Shown piece after piece: positions 19,532-30,693 of a DNA stretch of 64,000 nt. The position numbers and the translations under genes were made by a program. The notes under the pieces were generated by a model that had not been told where the DNA came from, did not search any database, and worked only from the letters and a program-made list of their open reading frames with translations. Source of the DNA: Flavobacteriaceae bacterium (GTDB lineage: Bacteria > Bacteroidota > Bacteroidia > Flavobacteriales > Flavobacteriaceae); assembly GCA_023260435.1 (NCBI GenBank), contig JALQVG010000076.1, forward strand, positions 7,251 to 71,250. The letters run 5' to 3'. Position 1 is the stretch's first letter; each line of letters opens with the position of its first letter.

Positions 19532-19541
19532 AACCTATTTT

Positions 19542-20198
19542 ATGAAGTTTTTTATCGATACCGCCAATCTTGATCAGATCCGTGAAGCTCAATCTTTGGG
19601 CGTTTTAGATGGAGTAACCACTAATCCCTCCCTAATGGCCAAAGAAGGTATTTCGGGTCAACAAGCTATCTTAGACCACTACAAGGCCATTTGTCAATTG
19701 GTTGATGGAGATGTCTCCGCTGAGGTGATCGCTACAGAATATGAAGCGATGATTGAAGAAGGTAAAATTCTTGCAGCCCTTCACCCCCAAATTGTCGTGA
19801 AGGTTCCGATGATTAAAGACGGTATCAAGGCGATTAAATATTTTAGCGACCATGGGATTCGCACCAACTGTACGTTAGTTTTCTCCGTAGGTCAAGCATT
19901 ACTGGCAGCCAAAGCAGGAGCTACCTATGTTTCTCCGTTTATTGGGCGCTTAGACGATATTTCGACGGATGGATTGCACCTTATAGCGGAAATCAGAGGC
20001 ATCTATGACAATTACGATTTCCCTACGCAGATTTTGGCTGCGTCAGTACGTCACACCATGCACGTTATCGATTGTGCTAAAATTGGTGCTGATGTGATGA
20101 CTGGACCGCTTTCATCAATTACTGGTTTGTTGAAACACCCTTTGACCGACTCAGGTCTGGCGCAATTTCTAGCGGATTATAACCGAGTTAACGGATAA
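19542..20198 (+). CDS. fsa: fructose-6-phosphate aldolase / type 3B transaldolase
   Basis: [25 protein letters not shown] (Schiff-base lysine) and SPFIGRLDD. About 218 aa. Start at ATG 19542. Confidence 0.9.
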   Translation: MKFFIDTANLDQIREAQSLGVLDGVTTNPSLMAKEGISGQQAILDHYKAICQLVDGDVSAEVIATEYEAMIEEGKILAALHPQIVVKVPMIKDGIKAIKYFSDHGIRTNCTLVFSVGQALLAAKAGATYVSPFIGRLDDISTDGLHLIAEIRGIYDNYDFPTQILAASVRHTMHVIDCAKIGADVMTGPLSSITGLLKHPLTDSGLAQFLADYNRVNG

Positions 20199-20200
20199 AT

Positions 20201-20233
20201 AAAAAAAACCAGGTTAGCTGCCTGGTTTTTTTT
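20201..20233. terminator. bidirectional intrinsic terminator
   Basis: A8-CCAGG-ttagctg-CCTGG-T8 is a perfect 13-bp palindromic stem between convergent genes. It overlaps the stop codon of the minus-strand gene. Confidence 0.8.
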
Positions 20234-21608
20234 ATTTGTTTTGGAAGCTTGTTTGCAGATTGGCAAAACCGTTGACTATTTTACCATTTTCCAATACGAC
20301 ACTTTTAAATGCATTGTCCCAAATCAACCTGTTTTGAAGATCTTCAGGGTTGATAGAGCGGTATTGTAGCTCAGGCTGCATGTCGTATTCTTGAATAGTC
20401 GCAGACCAGTGAACGGCATCTTGATCTGGGCTAATCCCTATGAATTGGTATTCAGGCCATTTTTTTTGAAGTTCAGCCACTTTTTGTTGAATCCTGTAGA
20501 GCATTCCTTCGTATTTCGTGGACCAGAAGTAGATCACCACTTTGCGGTCTTCAGTTAACTTGCGAAGATTGGTCAATTTACCTTGATAATCAACAACAGG
20601 CAAGGGCAACACTTCTCGATCAGGTTGTAGTGAAATAATGGATTGGTACACTTCGTTTAACTCTTCAGCGTACCTATTTTCTTTTAGATAAGGTGCGAAA
20701 ACTTGATAGAATTGGGTGATTCTAGCCTCAGTATCCTGAGATTTAACCCAATACTGCAAAGCCAATTGTCTCATCAACTGGTCTTTTAACAGACGATCTT
20801 CGACTAAACTATCGATGATATTGAGCTTGTGTAGGTTAAAGTGAAGTGGTTTTTCAGGGGCAGGAATGATACCACACTGATCCGTACACACCTCATAGGC
20901 CATATTGCCTAAATGAAATTTCATGAATTGGAAATACGGTTTGAAATGACTCAAATCGCGATTGTTCCGCTCTATGTTTTTTCTGTAGTCAAAAAAGGCA
21001 GTAGGAAAGTCTTTGACTTGAGGGCTGTTTTCGTGGAAGAACGGGTATTTTTCCTTGTGAACGTACAGATTGTAATCAATGTTGGCCGCTACCATAGACA
21101 CAGCTCTTTCCGATAAGGTTACCTCTCGTTGTAGATCATTGAGCATGGACAGCTTGTCATTCCTTATGGTTTCAATCAATTGATGGAAAGGCTCAGGATC
21201 TAACACATAGTTTTTTTCGATGCTGTAGGACTCGCGTTCATTGGTTAAAAACATTTCCAAAATGAAATTGTTTAATTCTGAACCTCGTCCTGAAAACACC
21301 AAGGATTCATCAAAGGATACGGTGTTGATCCGTATGTGAATACTATCTCCCTTCTGCAAATACACGTAGTTGTATTCTGGTGGGTGATCAAAGTGATACA
21401 AACCTTCTTCAAGACCTTCTAGGCGCATGGAAAATCGTCCATTTTGATCCAGATAGGCGGTATCTATTAATGCTTCTTCTCTGTGTAGGGTTACGTAATT
21501 ACTAGTAGGATTAACAATGGTGCCACTGAAATAGGTAGGATGGGTTTTGGGGTCAATAGCCCCGCAACCTATCAAAATCAATATAAAAAAGACACTTAAA
21601 TACCTCAT
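20232..21608 (-). CDS. lipoprotein with C-terminal thioredoxin-like (TlpA/redoxin) fold lacking the CXXC motif
   Basis: Lipobox ILIGCG. The C-terminal segment VVIYFWSTKYEGMLYR...FIGISPD aligns by eye to the redoxin FWAxWCxPC...GVSxD pattern, but without cysteines. Confidence 0.55.
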   Translation of the reverse strand: MRYLSVFFILILIGCGAIDPKTHPTYFSGTIVNPTSNYVTLHREEALIDTAYLDQNGRFSMRLEGLEEGLYHFDHPPEYNYVYLQKGDSIHIRINTVSFDESLVFSGRGSELNNFILEMFLTNERESYSIEKNYVLDPEPFHQLIETIRNDKLSMLNDLQREVTLSERAVSMVAANIDYNLYVHKEKYPFFHENSPQVKDFPTAFFDYRKNIERNNRDLSHFKPYFQFMKFHLGNMAYEVCTDQCGIIPAPEKPLHFNLHKLNIIDSLVEDRLLKDQLMRQLALQYWVKSQDTEARITQFYQVFAPYLKENRYAEELNEVYQSIISLQPDREVLPLPVVDYQGKLTNLRKLTEDRKVVIYFWSTKYEGMLYRIQQKVAELQKKWPEYQFIGISPDQDAVHWSATIQEYDMQPELQYRSINPEDLQNRLIWDNAFKSVVLENGKIVNGFANLQTSFQNK

Positions 21609-21711
21609 ATAATTACAGATGGTAAATGTACTTTAACCTGTAAACACAGGTCGTTAATGCTTCGTTAAAACTAAGGTGTGTCATTTGTTGGTTTGGACCA
21701 ATGGGTTTCCC

Positions 21712-21719
21712 TATTTTTG
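21712..21719 (+). promoter_or_regulatory. -7 promoter box (TATTTTTG) for the ABC-F gene
   Basis: CCTATTTTTGCACC lies 16 nt upstream of ATG 21736. An identical 14-mer precedes rnpB. Confidence 0.45.
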
Positions 21720-21732
21720 CACCAAAATATAA

Positions 21733-23355
<1,623 letters not shown>

Positions 23356-23362
23356 CTGTTCA

Positions 23363-25789
23363 CTAGCGCAGAACAGCGTTGAACTGTTGCTCAAAAGCAG
23401 TTAACAGTTTTTTCATCGACTGGTCTATTTGCCCATCAGTTAGTGTTTGTTCCGGATCGCTTAGGGTAAACCTCAAGCCATAAGACTTCTTGTCTGCATC
23501 GATATTCTTTCCGCTGTACACATCAAAAAGAGTCACCTCCGTCAATAGATTTCCGATTGTGCTGTGCGCTACATTTCTGAGCGCTTCAAAAGTGATGTTT
23601 TCTCCCACCAATAAGGCCAAATCCCTGGATACACTGGGGTATTTTGGTATGGACTTGAATTTGATTTCTTCTTTTTGAAGCATGGAGTGAATCTGATCCC
23701 AATCCAGCTCAGCGTAGGCAACCGGAGTTTTGATGTCGTAGGATTCTGTAAGTTTTTGCTCCACAATCCCTACACTCAATATTAATTCTTCTCCAGCGTA
23801 ATAATGCAAACATTCCGTAAATGGATACCTTACTTCTATCGAGGTATGCGTCACCGCAATGCGACACCGGACCAACAATTGTTCACAGGTTGATTTTAGG
23901 GCAAAAAAGTCAGCAGCAGGTGCCTGTGAGTTCCATTGGTCTTCGTGTAATTTTCCCACACCCCAAAGGCATAAATGTCTGTGCTCTTTTCTTCCCTGTG
24001 TTGTTTGTAGGTATGTTTTTCCAAATTCAAACAACCGTTGATTGCTCCATTTTCTGTTGTTGTTGTGTTTGATCACCTCAAGTCCAGAAAAAAGCATTGA
24101 AGTTCTCAGCTGAGCCAAATCTTGACTCAAAGGATTGAGTATATCTACCGCTTTTGTTTCGTTGGTTAAGGGAACAGTTTCTTGTTTTTTTGCCGAGGTA
24201 AGACTGTTGGTCATGATCTCAAAAAAACCCGTGCTGGCTAGATAATCACCCACTGATTTTTGTACGAGGTGGATGTCATTTTTTTCTACTAAGGCAATAG
24301 AGGCATGGAGTTTACTGGAATAGTCAATTTGGTTGTATCCGTAAACTCTGAGTATTTCCTCAACCACATCCACTTCGCGCAAAACATCCACCCTGTAGGG
24401 AGGAATAGTCAATCCCATACCGGTTTCTGTACTGTTCAAAATTTTGATTTCCAATGAAGTCAGAATAGACTTGATGGTATCTACAGGTATTTCTTGGCCG
24501 ATTAATTGTTTTATTTTTTCATAGCTTAAAAACACTTGCTGTGCCTCTGCTTTTTTGGGATACAAATCTTCGATTTCAGAGGAAATATGTCCGCCTGCCA
24601 TTTCTTTAATCAATAGGGCGGCTCTTTTGAGTGCTGATTCTACTAATTCAATATCGATTCCCCGTTCAAATCTAAAAGATGCATCAGTAGATAATCCATG
24701 ACGCTTGGCAGTTTTTCGAATAGATACTGGATTAAAATAGGCAGATTCAAGAAAAATATTTTTGGTTTCAGTGGTTACTCCCGAATCAAGTCCGCCAAAT
24801 ACTCCGGCGATGCACAGTGGCTTTTTGGTGTCGCAGATCATTAAATCCTCTGAGTGAAGTATTCTTTCGACACCATCAAGGGTCGTGAATTTGGTGCCTG
24901 AATCAACCGTGCGCACAACTATTTTTCCTCCTTCAATTCGGTCGGCATCAAATGCATGCAAAGGTTGCCCTATTTCGTGAAGCACATAGTTGGTTGCGTC
25001 AACCACATTGTTAATAGGCTTAAGTCCAATTGATTTCAGCCTGTTCTGAAGCCAACTCGGGCTGGGTTGTACAGAAAGTCCAGATATAGTAAGTCCACAA
25101 TACCTAGGGGCAAGGGTTGCATCTTCTACTTGAATGGAGATGGAGTTGGTTCTGTTCTCTACAGCAAACCCAAAGGTTGAAGGAAAAATCAATTCTTTGT
25201 TGATTCCTTGTTGTTTCATTCCTGCCCTCAAGTCCCTGGCTACGCCATAATGACTCATGGCATCAGCTCTATTTGGCGTCAAACCAATTTCAAAGATTTG
25301 GTCTTTGTCGATCTCAAATAAACTGCTCAACAAAGTTCCAGGTTGGTGACTATCCTCCAATATCATGATGCCGCTGTGATCGGTGCCCAAGCCTATTTCA
25401 TCTTCTGCACAGATCATACCGTGGCTCTCAACCCCCCTGATTTTCCCTTTTTCAATAGTCCATGGCGTTCCTTGTGTTGGGTAAATAGTGGTCCCCACGG
25501 GAGCCACTACTACAGTGAGTCCAGCGGCTGCGTTGGCAGCACCACAAACTATGGACAATACGTTGTCATTTCCTATATCTACGGTGGTTACTTGTAGGCG
25601 ATCAGCATTGGGATGTTTTTCAGCCGTGAGTATTTTGCCGACTACCAGACCTTGAAGCCCCCCTTTAATACTTTCAAATGGCTCTATTCCCTCAACTTCT
25701 AGTCCTAAATCGGTGAGTAAGGTGGCTGTTTTATCTGCGTTCCAGTCTGTAGGCACAAACTGTTTCATCCATTGATAGGAAATCTTCAT
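23363..25789 (-). CDS. pheT: phenylalanine--tRNA ligase beta subunit
   Basis: N-terminal tRNA-binding domain (KHPNADRLQV), B3/4 and B5 domains, and a C-terminal FDX-ACB-like domain. 808 aa. Confidence 0.95.
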   Translation of the reverse strand: MKISYQWMKQFVPTDWNADKTATLLTDLGLEVEGIEPFESIKGGLQGLVVGKILTAEKHPNADRLQVTTVDIGNDNVLSIVCGAANAAAGLTVVVAPVGTTIYPTQGTPWTIEKGKIRGVESHGMICAEDEIGLGTDHSGIMILEDSHQPGTLLSSLFEIDKDQIFEIGLTPNRADAMSHYGVARDLRAGMKQQGINKELIFPSTFGFAVENRTNSISIQVEDATLAPRYCGLTISGLSVQPSPSWLQNRLKSIGLKPINNVVDATNYVLHEIGQPLHAFDADRIEGGKIVVRTVDSGTKFTTLDGVERILHSEDLMICDTKKPLCIAGVFGGLDSGVTTETKNIFLESAYFNPVSIRKTAKRHGLSTDASFRFERGIDIELVESALKRAALLIKEMAGGHISSEIEDLYPKKAEAQQVFLSYEKIKQLIGQEIPVDTIKSILTSLEIKILNSTETGMGLTIPPYRVDVLREVDVVEEILRVYGYNQIDYSSKLHASIALVEKNDIHLVQKSVGDYLASTGFFEIMTNSLTSAKKQETVPLTNETKAVDILNPLSQDLAQLRTSMLFSGLEVIKHNNNRKWSNQRLFEFGKTYLQTTQGRKEHRHLCLWGVGKLHEDQWNSQAPAADFFALKSTCEQLLVRCRIAVTHTSIEVRYPFTECLHYYAGEELILSVGIVEQKLTESYDIKTPVAYAELDWDQIHSMLQKEEIKFKSIPKYPSVSRDLALLVGENITFEALRNVAHSTIGNLLTEVTLFDVYSGKNIDADKKSYGLRFTLSDPEQTLTDGQIDQSMKKLLTAFEQQFNAVLR

Positions 25790-25869
25790 GTCTTTGCATT
25801 AATTCAAGCCACAAATATAATTAATGCCCATCAAGCAAACGAGGTTGTTTTTGATTAATTGGGATCACC

Positions 25870-25877
25870 TATCTTTG
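25870..25877 (+). promoter_or_regulatory. -7 promoter box (TATCTTTG)
   Basis: TAnnTTTG match 16 nt upstream of ATG 25894. Confidence 0.4.
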
Positions 25878-25893
25878 TTTTTTTAATCATACC

Positions 25894-27120
25894 ATGAAGA
25901 AAATCCTTATTTGCACCCTTGTTGCAGCTTTAATTTTTAGCTGCCAAAAAACTACCAATGCGACATCTTCTTTACAGGGAGATTGGTTGGGGTCATTGAC
26001 CGTAAAGGATGGTCACCAGATAAATTTCTTGATGAACTTTGATCTAAAGGATCAACAATGGCAAATGACCCTTTACAACGATCGAGAAACGATTGTCTAT
26101 GATCAAGTGCGTGTAGAGGGCGATTCACTATGGATTGCGCTAGCACCTTACGATGCGGTGATTAAAGCCAAGTACACCTCGGGGATTCTTCAAGGAGTCT
26201 ACCACAAAGAGGACCTTAACCGCAGTACGCCATTTAGCGCGGTCCCCGAAACATCACGTTCAGAAAATCCAACAACTTCAGCATCCATCAATGTAGATGG
26301 CAGTTGGAAAGCAACTTTTTTTCCAAAACCGGATGTGGTTGACATCGCTCAAGCTGAACTAGAACAAGTAGGTGCAAAAGTAAGGGGCACCGTGAGAACA
26401 CCAACTGGTGATTACAGGTATTTGTCTGGACACGTATTCGGAGATAGTTTGCGCCTCTCGACTTTTGATGGAGCACATCCCTATTTGTTTTTGGCCAAAT
26501 ATACCGATCGAGGACTTGAAGGTCAGTTTTACTATGAAAATCACATGCAAACTCCCTTTTTGTGGAGCAGAGACGAAACTTTTAGTTTAGATCTATGGAT
26601 GGAACAAAATCCTTTGGCTGACAGTAATTTACCTGTAGCATTTTCGTTTATGGATACAGAAGGCGAGACGGTAACTTATCCGGATGCTGTTTGGAAAGAT
26701 AAGGTAGTGGTCTTACAGGTGATGGGTTCTTGGTGTCCCAACTGTTTGGACGAAACAAAATTTTTAATCGACTATTTGGCCAATAACGCTCATCCAGATC
26801 TAGCCGTCATTGCCTTGGCTGTCGAATACGCCCCAACAGAGGAACGTGCTTGGCAACGTCTGAAAAATCTAAAATCCAGATTTTCTATTACTTATCCAGT
26901 TACGCTTGCTCAATTTGGGACCTCCGATAAAGTAAAGGCGCAAACAATTTTACCTTTTATCGGGGAGATTAAGTCTTATCCGACGATGGTGATCTTGGAT
27001 AAACAGGGGAAGGTTTTTGAAGTGCACTCCGGTTTTGATGGCCCTGCCACTGGGGAAGCGCACTTGCGTTTTAAAGCAGAATTTGATCGAAAAATTAAAG
27101 AGCTTTTGTCGCGCGGTTAA
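25894..27120 (+). CDS. TlpA-family thiol:disulfide oxidoreductase lipoprotein
   Basis: Lipobox LIFSCQ. C-terminal thioredoxin domain with an intact WCPNC active site. N-terminal extension of about 240 aa with unknown function. Confidence 0.8.
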   Translation: MKKILICTLVAALIFSCQKTTNATSSLQGDWLGSLTVKDGHQINFLMNFDLKDQQWQMTLYNDRETIVYDQVRVEGDSLWIALAPYDAVIKAKYTSGILQGVYHKEDLNRSTPFSAVPETSRSENPTTSASINVDGSWKATFFPKPDVVDIAQAELEQVGAKVRGTVRTPTGDYRYLSGHVFGDSLRLSTFDGAHPYLFLAKYTDRGLEGQFYYENHMQTPFLWSRDETFSLDLWMEQNPLADSNLPVAFSFMDTEGETVTYPDAVWKDKVVVLQVMGSWCPNCLDETKFLIDYLANNAHPDLAVIALAVEYAPTEERAWQRLKNLKSRFSITYPVTLAQFGTSDKVKAQTILPFIGEIKSYPTMVILDKQGKVFEVHSGFDGPATGEAHLRFKAEFDRKIKELLSRG

Positions 27121-28277
27121 CGATCAATCGGACTCAGTTTAACGATTTCGTGAAGATCGTCATCCAGGATTTCTTTTTTTCGGTCGGCAAACATTAAAAA
27201 CTGCTCATAAACAATATCTAGCTGAGTTTTGGTCAGTTCATAACCGACTAATTTGGCCCTGTATGCCAAGGCAGCCCTGCCAGACCTTGCCGTGAGAATA
27301 ATCGATGAAGCATTGACACCTACATCTGCTGGGTCGATAATTTCATAGGTCTCTCTGTTTTTTATCACCCCATCTTGGTGTATGCCTGAACTGTGGGCAA
27401 ATGCATTGGCACCGACGATTGCTTTGTTGGGTTGAACAATCATACCCATGTGTTGAGATACCATTTGGCTGGTGCTGTAGAGCAGTCGGCTATTCACTCT
27501 GGAATCTAGGTTTAGGTGAGGGTGTTGTCGGAGCACCATAACTACTTCTTCAAGTGACGTATTACCAGCGCGTTCGCCGATTCCATTGATGGTGCATTCA
27601 ATTTGACGCGCCCCATTAATGACACCTTCAATTGAATTAGCTGTGGCCAATCCCAGGTCGTTGTGGCAATGACACGACAAGATGGCTTTTTCTATACCTT
27701 TTACGTTTTCTTTGAGGTATTTTATTTTTGCTCCGTATTCAGCGGGCAAACAATAACCCGTGGTGTCCGGAATGTTGAGCACTGTGGCTCCTGCTTTAAT
27801 CACCGCCTCGCAAACTCTAGCTAGATATTCATTATCCGTTCTTCCAGCATCTTCTGCATAAAATTCAACGTCTTCCACAAAAGTTTTGGCGTAAGACACT
27901 GCAGAAACAGCTCGTTCTATAATTTGTTCTCTTGTGGCGTTGAATTTGTACTTAATGTGCGAATCCGAAGTACCTATACCCGTATGAATCCGAGGTCTTT
28001 TGGCCGCCTTTAGCGCATCGGCAGCTACTTCAATATCTTTTTGAACTGATCGTGTTAAGCCGCAAACGGTAGCGTTTTTGACTAAGGCAGCTACTTGGGC
28101 AACAGCCTTAAAATCTCCAGGACTTGATACGGGAAATCCTGCCTCAATCACGTCGACGCCTAATTCATCCAAGCGCGCAGCAATTTCTAACTTTTGAGGT
28201 GCGTCTAGTTTACAGCCTGGAACTTGTTCTCCATCTCTAAGGGTGGTATCAAAAATCTGAACTAATTCTTTACTCAT
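27117..28277 (-). CDS. leuA: 2-isopropylmalate synthase-like DRE-TIM enzyme (short form, no C-terminal regulatory domain)
   Basis: [23 protein letters not shown] and HSSGIHQDG. At 386 aa it lacks the LeuA allosteric domain. Confidence 0.75.
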   Translation of the reverse strand: MSKELVQIFDTTLRDGEQVPGCKLDAPQKLEIAARLDELGVDVIEAGFPVSSPGDFKAVAQVAALVKNATVCGLTRSVQKDIEVAADALKAAKRPRIHTGIGTSDSHIKYKFNATREQIIERAVSAVSYAKTFVEDVEFYAEDAGRTDNEYLARVCEAVIKAGATVLNIPDTTGYCLPAEYGAKIKYLKENVKGIEKAILSCHCHNDLGLATANSIEGVINGARQIECTINGIGERAGNTSLEEVVMVLRQHPHLNLDSRVNSRLLYSTSQMVSQHMGMIVQPNKAIVGANAFAHSSGIHQDGVIKNRETYEIIDPADVGVNASSIILTARSGRAALAYRAKLVGYELTKTQLDIVYEQFLMFADRKKEILDDDLHEIVKLSPIDR

Positions 28278-28423
28278 TATAATTGCTTAGTTTTGGTGCA
28301 AGTAACAAATAACGCCACAACTGAGCAAATCAAAGCTGTGCTCTTCTTGTAAATACTATGTTAACTTGGCTCAGTTGCTGACTATTAAGCTAAAATACAA
28401 CATTTTAGGACAAGTACATTACG

Positions 28424-29965
28424 ATGACAAATACGCAAAAAGACCCCTTATTTGTTCTGATAAAATCCCTCACTAAGTCTGAAAAAAGACAGTTTAAACT
28501 CTACGTTGGGCGTTTGGATGTCAATGTGGATTCCAAGTTTATTTTGCTTTTTCACCTCATGGAGAAAAGCAAAACCTATAACGAAGAGGAAATCATCAAA
28601 AGTGGTATTGTAGCCAAAACCCAAATATCTAATTTGAAGGCCCACCTGTATAAGCAAATATTGATCAGTCTGCGTTTAAATCCTGCACACCACAATATTC
28701 GAATTCAGTTGAGGGAACAACTTGACTTCGCCACCATTTTATACCACAAAGGGCTTTATCGCCAAAGTTTAAAAATTCTTGAAAAAGCCAAGAATACAGC
28801 CATTGCTAATCAAGAAAAAAGTATTGCGCATGAGATTGTGGAGCTGGAAAAAGTAATCGAAACACAGTATTTTGCGAAGAGTACTTCCGATCGGGTACTT
28901 TCCTTGGTAAAACAGACACAAGAATTGGTTTCTCAAAATACCGTAGCTAGTCAATGGTCTAATTTGTCATTGCAGCTTTATGCCATGATGTTGCAATTCG
29001 GCTATGCGCGCACAGCTCAAGAACAGGAAAAAGTCCGCGTTTTTTTTGAGAAGCACGCCCCTGAAGAGCATATGGAAGAGTGGGGGATTCGCGAAAAATT
29101 ATGGTACTACAAAGCGCATCTCTGGTATCATTTTTTGCTACAAGACTTTTTAACCTGCTACAAGTATGCCCATAAGTGGGTTCAATTGTTTGATGAGCAT
29201 CCTGAAATGATACAGTTTCATCCGGTGTTTTACCTCAAGGGAACTAATTATCTGATGGAGAGTTTGTTCTATTTGAGGTATCGCTCTTTGTATGAACGCA
29301 CTTTAGAACAGTTAGAATTCAAGACAAAGCTGGCAGAGTTTCCCCATAACGAGAACATCAGCAGTCTTACATTTCTGTACCTCGCTAGCCATAGAATGAA
29401 CCTTCATTTTATGAAGGGTAGTTTTAAGCAAGGTCTGGATCGTATACCACACATAGAAGCTGGTATTTTACTACATAAAGATCGATTGGACAAACACCAC
29501 GTAATGGTCTTGTATTACAAGATTGCCTGCATGTATTTTGGCTCTGGGGAGTTTAAAAAATCCATTGAGTATCTCAAAAAAATCATTGCCAATAAGGACT
29601 TGCACATGAGGGAGGATTTAATGTGTTTTTCCAGGTTGTTGAGTTTGATTGCTCATTATGAAGCGGGAATGGATTACCACTTAGAGATTCAGCTTAAGGC
29701 GACCTACAAATTTTTGTTGCGAATGAATGACCTTCAGCTGGTGCAAAAAGAAATGATGCGGTTTATGAAGCGTTTGGGGTCTATATTTCCTCAGGATTTG
29801 CCCCAAGCATTTCAGGAATTATACGATCGTTTGTCCATACTTGAAAATGATCCAATTGAAAAAAGGGCCTTTCTATACCTCGATGTGCTCTCTTGGTTAG
29901 AAAGTCATCTTCAGAAAAGGCCCTTTGCAGAAGTAATTATTGAAAAAGCTAAAAAGGACCGTTAA
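28424..29965 (+). CDS. hypothetical all-helical (TPR-like) protein
   Basis: 513-aa ORF with no TM segment or signal peptide. Composition is helical-repeat-like. N-terminal LIKSLTKSEKRQFKLY segment. No catalytic motif recognised. Confidence 0.6.
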   Translation: MTNTQKDPLFVLIKSLTKSEKRQFKLYVGRLDVNVDSKFILLFHLMEKSKTYNEEEIIKSGIVAKTQISNLKAHLYKQILISLRLNPAHHNIRIQLREQLDFATILYHKGLYRQSLKILEKAKNTAIANQEKSIAHEIVELEKVIETQYFAKSTSDRVLSLVKQTQELVSQNTVASQWSNLSLQLYAMMLQFGYARTAQEQEKVRVFFEKHAPEEHMEEWGIREKLWYYKAHLWYHFLLQDFLTCYKYAHKWVQLFDEHPEMIQFHPVFYLKGTNYLMESLFYLRYRSLYERTLEQLEFKTKLAEFPHNENISSLTFLYLASHRMNLHFMKGSFKQGLDRIPHIEAGILLHKDRLDKHHVMVLYYKIACMYFGSGEFKKSIEYLKKIIANKDLHMREDLMCFSRLLSLIAHYEAGMDYHLEIQLKATYKFLLRMNDLQLVQKEMMRFMKRLGSIFPQDLPQAFQELYDRLSILENDPIEKRAFLYLDVLSWLESHLQKRPFAEVIIEKAKKDR

Positions 29966-30693
29966 TCACGACTTTTTATCAAATCACCAGATCCAACGAT
30001 TTTGCTGTCAATTTTTTTGGGATTACCGCGGTAATAGATATCCCCAGATCCTACAATTTTAGCGCTGAGTAATTCACTCACCGAAACCGATACATCAGCT
30101 GATCCCGAAATGATTGCTTCTGTGATTTTGGTGGAAAGGTCAAATCCTTTGAAGTCGCCAGATCCGGACAAGTTAATGTTTGAACGGGTAGCAGTACCCC
30201 GAGCTGTAATACTACCGGACCCAGAAATAACGGCTATTAATTCGGTGCACTGAAGGTCAACGTTGATGTCACCTGATCCAGAAATGATCACTTCCATACT
30301 TGGATCGTGAAGTGTTGTCGTGCTTTCTATCGATCCTGATCCCGAAAGCCTTAATGCATCAATTTGTTTGACGGGTACCCGCAATTGGATACGCTTGCCC
30401 CAGCTTGGTTTTAATTGAACGCCTGAACGTGGTCGGATGATTAATTGGCCTGATTTTACCTGTGTTTCCACATAGGTCAACAGGTTTGACTCTCCTTGTA
30501 GTTCGATTTTTCCTTCTTCGCCGTTGAAAAGTACTACGTCAAACGAACTGGAAACATTGATCTGGTCATAGGCCGAAGTCTGGCGTGTGGTCGTGGTCTC
30601 TTGTCCGTTACCGCGTATGTTTTTTCCCCATTGAGCCCAAGAATAGTGGGTTGAGATGGTGGTCATGATGATGAGTGCGATTAATTTTTTCAT
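29962..30693 (-). CDS. secreted DUF2807-like beta-solenoid protein (head-GIN / Toastrack-type)
   Basis: Signal peptide, then seven repeats of about 20 aa carrying (I/L)SGSG(D/S)(I/F), for example ISGSGDINVD, ISGSGSITAR, LSGSGDFKGF and IVGSGDIYYR. Confidence 0.7.
   Translation of the reverse strand: MKKLIALIIMTTISTHYSWAQWGKNIRGNGQETTTTRQTSAYDQINVSSSFDVVLFNGEEGKIELQGESNLLTYVETQVKSGQLIIRPRSGVQLKPSWGKRIQLRVPVKQIDALRLSGSGSIESTTTLHDPSMEVIISGSGDINVDLQCTELIAVISGSGSITARGTATRSNINLSGSGDFKGFDLSTKITEAIISGSADVSVSVSELLSAKIVGSGDIYYRGNPKKIDSKIVGSGDLIKSRD

Noticed and set aside
28371-28403. 10-codon ORF MLYFSLIVSN upstream of leuA, whose stop falls in the first arm of the 9-bp inverted repeat (possible Leu/Ile/Val leader peptide)
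   Set aside because: It has only two Leu codons and they are not consecutive. No U-tract terminator follows. Its ATG lies just 20 nt from the divergent gene's ATG, leaving no room for a recognisable promoter.
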